From NCBI GenBank assembly GCA_937924445.1, contig CALDSX010000001.1, positions 33,802 to 97,801 on the forward strand: a DNA stretch of 64,000 nt. The letters run 5' to 3'. Below are positions 8,938 to 18,340 of the stretch, piece by piece. Position 1 is the first letter of the stretch. Each line of letters opens with the position of its first letter. The notes under the pieces are model-generated. The model saw only the letters and a program-made list of their open reading frames with translations. It ran no database searches and was not told the origin of the DNA. A program made the position numbers and the translations under genes. The DNA comes from an uncultured Chthoniobacterales bacterium (lineage in GTDB: Bacteria > Verrucomicrobiota > Verrucomicrobiia > Chthoniobacterales > CALDSX01).

Positions 8938-10421
8938 TATTCCTCCTCGGCTTCGTTGCGGGCTCGGCTTTCGAAGCGGGTGAAGTCTTTGATAAATGTG
9001 AGAGGGACCTCGCCGACAGGACCGTTGCGTTGTTTGGCTATAATCAATTCAGCCTTACCTTCGGAGTCTTCGAGTTTGTCATCATCTCCGTCCGCGTAGT
9101 ATTCGGGGCGGTAAAGAAGGCCGACGAGATCGGCATCCTGCTCGATAGCTCCTGAGTCGCGAAGGTCACTGAGCCTTGGGCGTCCACCTCGACCATCGGG
9201 TTGACGGTTGAGCTGGGCGAGCACGAGCACAGGCACATCAATCTCCTTGGCCAGCGATTTAATGCCGCCGGAAATCTCCGCCACTTCGACTTGACGACTA
9301 TCCTGGGCTCGCCGTGAATCAGATTTCAAAAGCTGTAAATAGTCAATGACCACAAGCTCGATCTGATACCGTTTCTTGAGCCGCCGCGCTTTTGAGCGCA
9401 ACTCCAGGATCGACATGCCAGGGGTTTCGTCTATGAACATCGGAGCGGCTTGGAGCTGCGACGCCGCGGTCGTTACGAGGTTGAAATCATTGTGCGAGAG
9501 CATTCGTCCGCGAACTTTACGGACGTTAATTCTGGCACGGGAGCAAATTAACCGTTGCACGAGTTGTCGTGCGCTCATTTCAAGACTAAATACTGCCACA
9601 GCCCGCTGCTGATCCACGGCCACATGCTCGGCGATGTTCATCGCAAGTGCAGTTTTTCCCATGCTCGGGCGTGCGGCAATGACGGCCATTTCTCCACGAT
9701 GAAGGCCATCGGTCATCCGATCCAGATCAGGGAATCCGGTGGCCAGCCCTGTGATGTTGTCGCCCGCGTTGGCGAGTTTGTCGAGGGCATCGACGGCCTC
9801 GATGACGTGATCGGAAATCGGGCGCACCTGCTCGAAGGCATTCTCGTCGCGGATACCCATTAACTTCGTCTCTGCCTCGTCGAGGAGTGCCTTTGTTCCC
9901 TCTCCGAGATCGTAGGCGCGGCGAGAAAACTCGTTGCATGTATTGATGAGCCTGCGCGCCATCATCTTATCGAGCAGAATCTCACTGTAGTAAGCAGCAT
10001 TTGCTGCGCTCGGCACGTAATCAATCAACTCCGCCAGCGCAGAAGTTCCGCCAACCTGGTCGAGCAAACCTTTTTCCTTGAGGGCCTCAGACAAGGTCAC
10101 AAAATCTACCGGTTGATGGCGTGCGTCATACAACTCAACCATCGTAGAAAAGATCGTCTGGTGGGCGGGGACAAAGAACGCATCGGTCCCACGCCCGAGT
10201 CGACTTAGGGACTCGTCGAGCACCTCCGTCGGGTTGAGCAAAACGGAAGATAGGAGGGCTTTTTCCGCCTCCACACTGTGCGGCATTGCCCTGTGAATAT
10301 CTTGTGAGTAAATTTTACGCAGGGAATCATTCGTCCCCCCGACAGAGGGGGAGCTGGCTGGAGCGGACTCCAACGCCGGAGCGCCAACCCTGCGCACCTC
10401 CTTATTCTTGGGAGCGGCCAC
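8937..10421 (-). CDS. dnaB: replicative DNA helicase DnaB
   Basis: DnaB N-domain (PHSVEAEKALLSSVLLNP), Walker A (ARPSMGKTALAMN) and Walker B (LVVIDYLQLL). The stop overlaps the purD start by 1 nt. Confidence 0.95.
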   Translation of the reverse strand: MAAPKNKEVRRVGAPALESAPASSPSVGGTNDSLRKIYSQDIHRAMPHSVEAEKALLSSVLLNPTEVLDESLSRLGRGTDAFFVPAHQTIFSTMVELYDARHQPVDFVTLSEALKEKGLLDQVGGTSALAELIDYVPSAANAAYYSEILLDKMMARRLINTCNEFSRRAYDLGEGTKALLDEAETKLMGIRDENAFEQVRPISDHVIEAVDALDKLANAGDNITGLATGFPDLDRMTDGLHRGEMAVIAARPSMGKTALAMNIAEHVAVDQQRAVAVFSLEMSARQLVQRLICSRARINVRKVRGRMLSHNDFNLVTTAASQLQAAPMFIDETPGMSILELRSKARRLKKRYQIELVVIDYLQLLKSDSRRAQDSRQVEVAEISGGIKSLAKEIDVPVLVLAQLNRQPDGRGGRPRLSDLRDSGAIEQDADLVGLLYRPEYYADGDDDKLEDSEGKAELIIAKQRNGPVGEVPLTFIKDFTRFESRARNEAEEE

Positions 10422-10444
10422 GGAAGAGAGCGTTTGAAAGACTT

Positions 10445-10999
10445 CTATGCCTTCACACGACGGGATTTTGGTTTCCTATCTGACTGATCCTTAGCAGCTT
10501 GCACGTTGTCGGCGCCTTCTTCAGAGGCCTCTTCTTTCTGCGTTTTGGTATTGACAATCACCTTCACAGAAGCCGTGACGTCGGGGTGAAGCCTGACGGG
10601 AATATCAAATTCTCCGTGCTCTTTAATAGGGCGATCCAGTTCAAGTTTGTGGCGGTTAATAACTATACCACCAAGCTCGAGTTTAATACGGTCAACAATG
10701 TCTTGGGCCGTTACCGATCCGAATGCTTTCCCTGTGTCGCCGGTTTCCAAGGTGATGGAGATAGCCAACTTTTTGAGTCTTCGAGCCAACTCCTCAGCAT
10801 CGGATAGCTCTTTGGCTTCCCGCTCAGCGCGTTTTGCTTTGAGTATGTTGATTCGGCGGAGGGCTGCGGGAGTCACCTCATATGCCATTCGTTTCGGAAG
10901 GAGATAATTTCGCGCGTATCCGGCTCGGACGGTCACGACGTCAGCTTCGGCCCCAAGGCCGGGTATATTTTCCGTTAAGATCAGCTGTTTGGTGGCCAT
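10445..10999 (-). CDS. rplI: 50S ribosomal protein L9 with charged C-terminal extension
   Basis: MATKQLILTENIPGLGAEADVVTVRAGYARNYLLPKRMA is the L9 N-domain signature. Confidence 0.9.
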   Translation of the reverse strand: MATKQLILTENIPGLGAEADVVTVRAGYARNYLLPKRMAYEVTPAALRRINILKAKRAEREAKELSDAEELARRLKKLAISITLETGDTGKAFGSVTAQDIVDRIKLELGGIVINRHKLELDRPIKEHGEFDIPVRLHPDVTASVKVIVNTKTQKEEASEEGADNVQAAKDQSDRKPKSRRVKA

Positions 11000-11229
11000 G
11001 TCAGGAGAGTAATAAATAGTTTCGTTCGTTTCGGATTTCTTGTTCTTGCCTCATGGAAAAAACAGTTTGCCAGGAAAAATTCTCAGATTCCACCACGGGA
11101 AGACCAAGCAATAGGTCTAAAGAAGAATAAAGAGTTTAAATCATGACGGCTGTTTGTCAAACAATCGCTCAGTATTTCTTGCAAAAGGTCTTTCTCCGGT
11201 AGTCCATTTTCAGCCGATCCCCCCTCTGC

Positions 11230-12471
11230 TTAGGGGCTTTCCACACTCGACGGTTTGCTGTTAAGGAAATCGGCCAGAGGTGGCACAGAACGGTATTCTT
11301 CAAACGCGGGATCGTTCAGAATAGTCTCGGCCACATCCCGAGGGTGTTCGTTGGCGCATTCGGAAAGCAGAGCGGCGGCTTTTTGCGATTCGCCTTTTCG
11401 CAGTGCGATGTAGAGCCTGCCCCAGCGGACTCCGGCATTCGAGCGAGAGTCGACAGTATCGGGCAAGGCTTCCGTTGGCAAGACCTCAAGCTTCATTAAC
11501 ACTTCGGTAGCTTCAATAACTGCGTGGGTAGTTGTAGGATCTAGGAGAGTGGACGCACGGCGCAGTTGCAAAGTGGCTTCCTCAACATCACCCTGAGCTC
11601 TTGATATTTTAGCAAGTTCAATGTGCGGACGGGGGTTTGCGATGTCCAGCGAGATCGCCTCTTGCAATTTACTGCGCACCGCTTCGATATCCGATGTTGA
11701 TCCTCCTCGGGCGAGATCGAGCGCTGCGAGCAGCGTCACTGAATCGGAGAGCCGTTCGCCGCGAAGGATCGATTCGCTGATGTCAGCACGGGCGGATTCC
11801 ACATCCCCGGTCTGCACAGCGGCGCGCGCAACAAGATATTTCAATGCGCCGAGAGGGTTGCCGCTCTCCTCTTTGTTTAGCTTTTGTAGACGCCCGAGTG
11901 CTTCTGGGGTGTTGCCTTTTCCGAGGCTATCCAGAGCCGCTACGAGTTCGGACGTCAGACTCGGCGGAACAGGGGAATTGGGCTTGGGGGCGTTTGCTAC
12001 TTTCATGCCTTGGGAAAGGCCACGATCATAGGCCAAGTTGCCAACCGTGAACAATAGCGCAGCAATGACAACGGCCCCCAGCGAGAATAAAAGAACGCCA
12101 AATCCCCCAGAGGAAGTGGGTGGTTGCGACCGGCGGCGCACTCCGGCTCCTGGGGTCAGCGGCATTTGAGGCAAGATCACGCGGGCCTGCACTGGAGTTT
12201 TTTGGGAAGGCTTGACGGGTATTTTGCCTTTCACGTCCGCAAACTGCTCCCCAGTAAAAAGTTCTTTTGCCGTTCCACCTGACTCGGGCGGGGAAAATTC
12301 TCTCGGATCATTCTGCTCTGAAGAACGAGGCTTAGGGCGACGCGGCTCAACATGAATGGGCCTCATATGGCCTGCTTGCAAAATCTTGGCTTCTTCAGCA
12401 GGTGACGAGACATGGCCCCTTGCTAGAGGGGATGGTGGTTCGGGGGGAAGAGGCGCGTCTGATGAATTCAT
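11230..12471 (-). CDS. hypothetical bitopic membrane protein with helical-repeat (TPR-like) C-terminal region
   Basis: Pro-rich N-terminus, a single TM segment (FGVLLFSLGAVVIAALLFTVGNLAY) and an Ala/Leu-rich repetitive helical C-terminal half. Confidence 0.55.
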   Translation of the reverse strand: MNSSDAPLPPEPPSPLARGHVSSPAEEAKILQAGHMRPIHVEPRRPKPRSSEQNDPREFSPPESGGTAKELFTGEQFADVKGKIPVKPSQKTPVQARVILPQMPLTPGAGVRRRSQPPTSSGGFGVLLFSLGAVVIAALLFTVGNLAYDRGLSQGMKVANAPKPNSPVPPSLTSELVAALDSLGKGNTPEALGRLQKLNKEESGNPLGALKYLVARAAVQTGDVESARADISESILRGERLSDSVTLLAALDLARGGSTSDIEAVRSKLQEAISLDIANPRPHIELAKISRAQGDVEEATLQLRRASTLLDPTTTHAVIEATEVLMKLEVLPTEALPDTVDSRSNAGVRWGRLYIALRKGESQKAAALLSECANEHPRDVAETILNDPAFEEYRSVPPLADFLNSKPSSVESP

Positions 12472-12637
12472 CGCTTTTTACATATTCCTCAGGCGTCTTA
12501 TATAATCAACACTTAGAATTCTTCAGCAGTTCTAGGAGTTCTGCAAATTGAAATTTCTTCTGCGAAAAATTCCCCATCGGAACCATTCCGCGCCGAACGG
12601 CAAGAAAGTCTCTATCGCCCCGTGGCAGCGGCTAACC

Positions 12638-12653
12638 AGCCCGGATATTTCAT
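12638..12653. repeat. left terminal inverted repeat of IS1380-like element
   Basis: AGCCCGGATATTTCAT is the reverse complement of 14193-14208, with one mismatch. Confidence 0.7.
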
Positions 12654-12689
12654 GGCAGGAGCTAAAAAATAGCGAAGTTCGGCAGGTAA

Positions 12690-14048
12690 CCTGCTAAGGT
12701 TCATAGTGTTAGAACAAAACCCCAACGGGCTTCGCTAAAGCCATACTGTCACGCGGAACTTTTCACTTTTCCAAGCTTTGATCGTCGAAAAATCCAGGCC
12801 TCCTTCACCGGTGGAGATGTCACCAGCGATGGAGGAAACATGGCACTTCGAGAGGCAGACCGCCGCCTCGGCATGTGCAAGGCACTCGACGAGGCCATCA
12901 GTGATCCACGCGATCCGAATCTGATCACCCACCGGCAGATTGATTTGCTGCGCCAACGCATCTACGGGCTGGCCTTGGGCTACGAAGACCTCAACGATCA
13001 CGACACGCTGCGCGGGGATCTGGTGTGGCAGAGTGCCACTGAGCGCGGAGAACAGCGGGCCAGCAGCCCGACCTTGTGCCGCTTGGAGAATCGGGCAAAT
13101 CGCGAAAGCGCCTGGGCGATGTCGAAGGTTTTGGTCGAGCAATTCATTGCTTCCTTCAAGGTGGCACCACAGGAATTGCTCCTCGACTTCGATGCCACCG
13201 ATGACCGGGTGCATGGGATGCAGGAGAGTCGGTTTTTCCATAGCTATTACGGCGACCGGTGTTTCCTGCCCCTTTAGGTCTTCTGTGGAGAACAACTGCT
13301 GGTGAGCTACCTGCGGCCCGGCAACATTGACCCTGCCCGGCACGCATGGGCCATCCTCAAGTTGCTGGCCCACCGGCTGCGCCAAGAGTGGGCGGAAGTG
13401 AAGATCATCTTGCGAGCCGACTCGGGCTTCTGCCGCTGGAAAAGCTGCGCTGGTGCGAGCGACATGCAATCCACTATGCAGTCAGGCCGGCCAAGAATGC
13501 GCGACTGCTGCTCCAGGCGCAGGAACTTATGGCAAAGGCGGCCGATGGTTTTGCAGCCACCGCAGAAAAGCAACGCAACTTCTGTTGGATTGAGTATGCA
13601 GCCAAAAGCTGGGATCGCCCACGGACCGTGACTCTCAAACCTGAACATGGTGCACAGGGGGCCAATCCACGCTTCCTGTTGAGCGACCTGGAAGGCCATG
13701 CGCAGCACATTTACGACGCGATCTACCGCGCCCGCGGAGAAATGGAAAACCGGATCAAAGAACAGCAACTCGGACTTTTTGCCGACCGCACCAGTTGCTC
13801 GGGGTGGTGGGCCAATCAGTTCCGCCTGTTGCTTTCCGGTGCCCTACGTGCTCTTGGAAACCATCCGGCGCGTGGGACTAGCTGGCACCGAGCTGGCCCG
13901 TGCACAGGTGAGCACGATCCGATTGAAGCTCTTGAAGATTGGTGCAGTCATCCTGCGCAATACACGCCGCATTCAGTTGCTCTACTCCGGCGCCTTTGCC
14001 TGCCAGGAAATCTTCCGCTCCATGCTGCTGCGCTTGAGTTCGGCTTGA
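12690..14048 (+). pseudogene. IS1380-family transposase, inactivated (no start codon, one in-frame TAG, at least two frameshifts)
   Basis: The reading ...LFTFPSFDRRKIQASFTGGDVTSDGGNMALREADRRLG... has no ATG upstream. A TAG at 13275-13277 interrupts YYGDRCFLPL*VFCGEQLLVSYLRPGN. The frame then shifts near 13440 (RADSGFC / EKLRWCERHAIHYAV) and again near 13825 (WWANQFRLLLS / PYVLLETIRR...). Confidence 0.8.
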
Positions 14049-14192
14049 AGCCTTTGGGTGCTGACCCCGGCACCATAAAAACAACGGGGGCTGGGGTCAA
14101 TCTGCCCAAAATCAGAAAAATCACCCTCCCAAGGCCCCCGAATCCCCTCTCCGAAAGCCCCGAACCGTATCGCAAGACAAAATCTTCCAAGA

Positions 14193-14208
14193 ATAAAATA
14201 TCCGGGCT
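14193..14208. repeat. right terminal inverted repeat of IS1380-like element
   Basis: ATAAAATATCCGGGCT is the complement of the left repeat. Confidence 0.7.
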
Positions 14209-14252
14209 AGAGATGAAAGCGGCTATCAATTGGGGGGTGTCCCTATCGGCAC

Positions 14253-15131
14253 CTACACATTTTCACCCGTTGCTTGATCAGGCGCCAGATCGAGCAGGCT
14301 CACCTCAGGTCGGCAATTGAATCGCATCCCATGCAAATTGCCCACTCCTCGTGTGATGTGAATCCAATGATGATGCCAGCGATGGAGTCCCTCAGCGAAG
14401 TTTTTATCTTTCACAGGGAGAAAGGGGCGCAGGCCCACGAAAGGGATCACAAGCTGTCCACCGTGGGTGTGACCGCAAAGCGCGAGATCCCAGCGGAACG
14501 GAAGCAGAAGTTCCTTGGAGTCTGGGTTGTGAGTAAGCACAAAAACGGGGCGGCGATACAAGTGAAAATCCTTGATACGTTCCGGTTGGCAGTCGCCCGA
14601 CCAAAGATCGCCCAATCCCACAATATCCACCAGACACTCTCCTATGCGTTCTGTGGTTCGTGAGTTGAATAGAAAACAGACTCCGCTTTCGTCCAACAGA
14701 CTCACGACGTGGGATGGGTCGGCAAGCCCGTGGGTTCGGCCGGCCCAGCGCCCTCCGTCGTGATTTCCCAAACAAGCAAAGACCGGAGCAGTCGCCGTTA
14801 GTTTTTTGATAATTTTAGCGTATCTCGGTCTCTCTTTTATTTCCCACGTGATAAAATCTCCGGTCAAAGCCACGAAATCTGGCTTTTGCTCGAGTGCGAG
14901 ATCGACGGCCCGCTCGATGAGCGCATAGTCCACCACGGGAGAGGCATGAAAGTCCGAGAGGTGCACAAGGCGCAATGGGTGCTTCAGACCCTTTATCGGA
15001 ACGCGCTTGCAGGTCACCTCAAGGCTCTCGGGTTCAATGAATCTCATGTAAGCGCCACCCGAGATACCGGTTGCCGAAAAAGCTAACAAAGAGAACAGAA
15101 ATCGTCTTCTGGAGAGAATGTGTCCCATCAA
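14253..15131 (-). CDS. Tat-exported calcineurin-like metallophosphoesterase
   Basis: Twin-arginine leader (SRRRFLFSLLAFSATG) and phosphoesterase motifs HLSDFH, GDFI, GNHD and GHTHGG. Confidence 0.85.
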   Translation of the reverse strand: MMGHILSRRRFLFSLLAFSATGISGGAYMRFIEPESLEVTCKRVPIKGLKHPLRLVHLSDFHASPVVDYALIERAVDLALEQKPDFVALTGDFITWEIKERPRYAKIIKKLTATAPVFACLGNHDGGRWAGRTHGLADPSHVVSLLDESGVCFLFNSRTTERIGECLVDIVGLGDLWSGDCQPERIKDFHLYRRPVFVLTHNPDSKELLLPFRWDLALCGHTHGGQLVIPFVGLRPFLPVKDKNFAEGLHRWHHHWIHITRGVGNLHGMRFNCRPEVSLLDLAPDQATGENV

Positions 15132-16570
15132 ATTTTTTGCTCCGCCTGGTTATTCAGTTGAATCGCTCGACGAGCGACAGCTCGCACAAGGTCACTGAAA
15201 ATCAACCGGTGGATGGGGTAGAGCGTATACCAGTATATTGCACCAGAGAGTCCTTCTGGCGCAAAGAGCGCAGTTTGTGTGAGACGACTGCCCTTCTCTT
15301 CCGGGAAAACTTCATATTGAAGCCAGGCATGACCCGGCACCTTCATTTCCGCACGAAGACGAAGAAGGGTGTTTTCTTTTACTTGCTCAACTCGCCAAAA
15401 ATCGAGGGCTTCGCCCGATAATATCTCCTCCGGATCACGACGACCGCGTCGCAGTCCTGGCCCGCCGATGAGCCGGTCAATAAGCCCCCGAATCTCCCAT
15501 GCCCACCGCCAAACTAACCAGTGATTCTCGCCGCCAAGACTGCAAAATGCCCGAAACACAGCGGATGGCGGCACTGGCACATGAAGCGTTCGAACTTCGC
15601 GAATCAGACCCTCCCAGTCCTTCAACTCGAATGTTTCTGCCGCACCCAATGCCCCGCTCCACCTTGTTTCGACCTCCCCGGCACGGATCTTTGCGATTGC
15701 CAACTCCACAGCTTTACGAGCCGTGAGCGGGTTGATCTCGGGAAACTCGCGGCGAGCTTTTTCGGTGTTTGCCAGCAAATTGGTTGCGACCCCCTCGACC
15801 AACGGCTTTGCAAGGCGTCCTGGTATTGGCGTAACAAGCCCGATCCAGGACGCTGCCAACCGTGGGTGAAGAAAAGGGATCGGGATGATAACCCGCCGTA
15901 ACCCGCGCGCCGCAGCATAATCCAACATCATTTGTCTGAAAGAAAGCCGGTTAGCCCCGATGTCCACAATACCGAGAGGCGGTTTTTCCAACGCCCCCAA
16001 AAGATAAGCCAGCACATCACGAATGGCCACTGGCTGCACCTCGTTCAGGATCCAGCGCGGTGCGACCATCGCAGGCAATCGTTCCGTCAGATAACGCACC
16101 ATTTCAAACGAGGCAGACCCGGAACCTATCACCGGTCCTGCCCGAAACTCGGTGACAGGGAGATGTTTGCGCAGGATACGTCCCACTTCCGCTCGACTCC
16201 GAAGATGAGGCGATGCCTTCGCCTCGCCCCCGTCGGGCAAAAGCCCCCCGAGATAGATGGTTTTTGGGGCTGTCTTGGCTGCGGCAGAACAAAAATTCTC
16301 TGCCAGCCGACGGTCTTCTGCGGCAAAGTGCTTCTCGCCGGTCAGGGAGTGAACCAGATAATACGCAGCATCCACTCCATGGAGCGCCCGTGCGCAGGCG
16401 TCGCGATCTCGCAAACTTCCTTCAACAGCTTCAACTTTATCCCGCCAGGAATGGCCGGCAATCCGATTCAGATCACGCACCAACACGCGCACTCTTCGGT
16501 TCGCCGCAAGCAGGCGCGGAACAAGCCGACCCCCAATATACCCGGTTGCTCCAGTAACGAGCACTTGCAT
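15128..16570 (-). CDS. NAD(P)-binding SDR/NmrA-like protein with DUF2867-type C-terminal domain
   Basis: Rossmann N-terminus MQVLVTGATGYIGGRLVPRLL. 480 aa with a long C-terminal extension. The stop overlaps the next gene's start by 4 nt. Confidence 0.7.
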   Translation of the reverse strand: MQVLVTGATGYIGGRLVPRLLAANRRVRVLVRDLNRIAGHSWRDKVEAVEGSLRDRDACARALHGVDAAYYLVHSLTGEKHFAAEDRRLAENFCSAAAKTAPKTIYLGGLLPDGGEAKASPHLRSRAEVGRILRKHLPVTEFRAGPVIGSGSASFEMVRYLTERLPAMVAPRWILNEVQPVAIRDVLAYLLGALEKPPLGIVDIGANRLSFRQMMLDYAAARGLRRVIIPIPFLHPRLAASWIGLVTPIPGRLAKPLVEGVATNLLANTEKARREFPEINPLTARKAVELAIAKIRAGEVETRWSGALGAAETFELKDWEGLIREVRTLHVPVPPSAVFRAFCSLGGENHWLVWRWAWEIRGLIDRLIGGPGLRRGRRDPEEILSGEALDFWRVEQVKENTLLRLRAEMKVPGHAWLQYEVFPEEKGSRLTQTALFAPEGLSGAIYWYTLYPIHRLIFSDLVRAVARRAIQLNNQAEQKI

Positions 16571-16618
16571 TGGACAGTTGCAGCGCCAACCAATCCTGGA
16601 TTGGTCCTAAGACAATGC

Positions 16619-17524
16619 TCAGATTGGGTAGGAACGCTGCATCCCTTCAGTGATGCCGATAGGTTTGTAACCAAGGTCCGCCATCGCCTCTGAGTTGTCT
16701 AGGTCAGCGTCCTGCATTACTCCAGCAATCCCGTTCCAAGTCAGCGGAGGATTTTTCATAATAGAACCCATCACCGCAGCGATGAGCTTGCATACTGGTA
16801 TGGGTATAGGGATGAAAATCCTTTTCTGTCGGGTGTGTTTTAACATTAGTTTAGCGAGATCCCACATTGAAATCGCCTCGCCACCACTGAAGGCGTAGGT
16901 CTTGCCATAGGCTTTTTCGTTGCCCGGGATTGCAAGGAATCCGGCCATGAGATCATCCACGTGCACAGGACGCTTGAGAGCGCGACCATTCCCAATAAAT
17001 GGCGTGAAGATCGGAAATCGAGTAAGCGAATCCATAAACATCCTAAATTCCTGTCCCCCATGCTCGTTATAAGCCAGTGTCGGACGGACAATGGTCCATT
17101 TCATCGCAGTCTGTTCTTTCACCATCCGTTCGCACTCCCGTTTCGACAAAGAATACGGTGTCGTATGGGGATAGACCACAGAGGCGGATGAAACAAAGAT
17201 AAAATGATTCACACCCGCCTTAATCGAGGCCTCAATCAGATTCTTCGTCCCTTGCACATTGACCTTTTCAAAAACTGCCGGGTCGCGCGCAATCAACACA
17301 GCGGCAAGATGAAAAACGGTATCCACACCGCTGAGTAAACCTTCCAGACTTTCACGGTTTGTGATATCGCCAAAGACAAGCTCCGCCCCGGTGCCGTCGA
17401 GGCGGTTTTTATGCGGGTGATTGGGAATATCAAGAACGCGAACAGAATTCCCCTTAGAAAGAAGCCCTTTGACGAGGGTGGTGCCCATGACACCAAGCCC
17501 GCCGGTGACGAGAATTTTTGACAT
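16619..17524 (-). CDS. NAD-dependent epimerase/dehydratase family protein
   Basis: MSKILVTGGLGVMGTTLVKGLL Rossmann motif and an extended-SDR body (301 aa). Confidence 0.8.
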   Translation of the reverse strand: MSKILVTGGLGVMGTTLVKGLLSKGNSVRVLDIPNHPHKNRLDGTGAELVFGDITNRESLEGLLSGVDTVFHLAAVLIARDPAVFEKVNVQGTKNLIEASIKAGVNHFIFVSSASVVYPHTTPYSLSKRECERMVKEQTAMKWTIVRPTLAYNEHGGQEFRMFMDSLTRFPIFTPFIGNGRALKRPVHVDDLMAGFLAIPGNEKAYGKTYAFSGGEAISMWDLAKLMLKHTRQKRIFIPIPIPVCKLIAAVMGSIMKNPPLTWNGIAGVMQDADLDNSEAMADLGYKPIGITEGMQRSYPI

Positions 17525-17730
17525 AATCTAGTGATGTTTGGTTGAGATGGCTCGACAGAAGTCGTCGAGGAAGACGGCAAAGATCGGGAGGCCCCGATAC
17601 TGCACAAAGAAGACCGCAATTTTCCGGAAATCAAGCCTTCTTTCGGGAGGGGGAGATTGGCAGAAAAAAGAGGCAAAGCCGCGGGTTGAATCTCTCAAAA
17701 AAGAAAAATTTATATTGACCAAACCTAAAA

Positions 17731-17760
17731 AGGTGGGTAAAAGTGGGTCAAAGTGGGGGA
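17731..17760 (+). promoter_or_regulatory. three 10-bp-phased GTGGG direct repeats (candidate MraZ operator)
   Basis: aGGTGGGTAAaAGTGGGTCAaAGTGGGGGA: GTGGG at 17733, 17743 and 17753, about 115 nt upstream of the mraZ ATG. A TTGACC hexamer sits at 17715-17720 and GATAAT at 17758-17763. Confidence 0.6.
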
Positions 17761-17874
17761 TAATGGCAGTGAGTGGATCTTAATGGCGCTCACTATCGCA
17801 TGCCCCCATTCGGCTCGCGGCTCATTGTTACTACCAAACATCTCCCAAAACCTCTTTACACCTCTTACGCCTGA

Positions 17875-18327
17875 ATGAATGGCGAACTACAAAATGTGAT
17901 CTTCGCGGGATGTTTTACGCATTCAATGGATGCGAAAAACCGCGTGACCATTCCGGCTCGTTGGCGGGCCTCGGAGGTGGACGAGTTTTACACAATCCCC
18001 TCTCCGCAGGGAGATTTTCTCAGGGTCATTCCACCAAACGAGATGAGTCGAATAAGCGAAAAAGTTGCCTCTAATCCCAACATCTCCGAACGAGACCGCA
18101 TCACATGGGAGCGTGGTTTTTACCGCCGGGCGCAGCATGTAGCCACCGATCGTCAAGGGCGCATTCTGTTGCCTGAAGAGCAATGCCGACAGGTGAAGCT
18201 TTCCGGAGAGGTCATCCTTTTCGGAGCAAACAGAATTTTTGAAATTTGGAACCCGCAGTGCTGGGAGGCTGCAGCCGCTGCACAAGATCAGGCCTATCAG
18301 GCTATTGCGGCGCAGATCGGCCACTAA
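17875..18327 (+). CDS. mraZ: transcriptional regulator MraZ
   Basis: FAGCFTHSMDAKNRVTIPARWR and a second SpoVT/AbrB-like repeat (TDRQGRILLPEEQ). First gene of the dcw cluster. Confidence 0.9.
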   Translation: MNGELQNVIFAGCFTHSMDAKNRVTIPARWRASEVDEFYTIPSPQGDFLRVIPPNEMSRISEKVASNPNISERDRITWERGFYRRAQHVATDRQGRILLPEEQCRQVKLSGEVILFGANRIFEIWNPQCWEAAAAAQDQAYQAIAAQIGH

Positions 18328-18340
18328 AAGCCGCTGCGGA

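Larger units (their letters stand above)
12638..14208 (+). mobile_element. degenerate IS1380-family insertion sequence (about 1.57 kb)
   Basis: Bounded by inverted repeats AGCCCGGATATTTcAT (12638-12653) and its complement (14193-14208): 13 nt perfect, 15/16 extended. The interior encodes a broken IS1380-type DDE transposase. Confidence 0.75.

Noticed and set aside
12735-13469. 244-aa ORF on the minus strand across the IS element
   Set aside because: It is exactly antisense to the recognisable IS1380 transposase reading frames. Its composition is Gly/Ala/Pro/Arg-rich junk, typical of a shadow ORF in GC-rich DNA.
13346-14320. 324-aa plus-strand ORF that could be taken for an intact transposase
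   Set aside because: Only its middle part (about 13440-13825) is in the transposase-homologous frame. The rest is out-of-frame read-through that continues past the right inverted repeat, so it is part of the pseudogene and not a functional gene.
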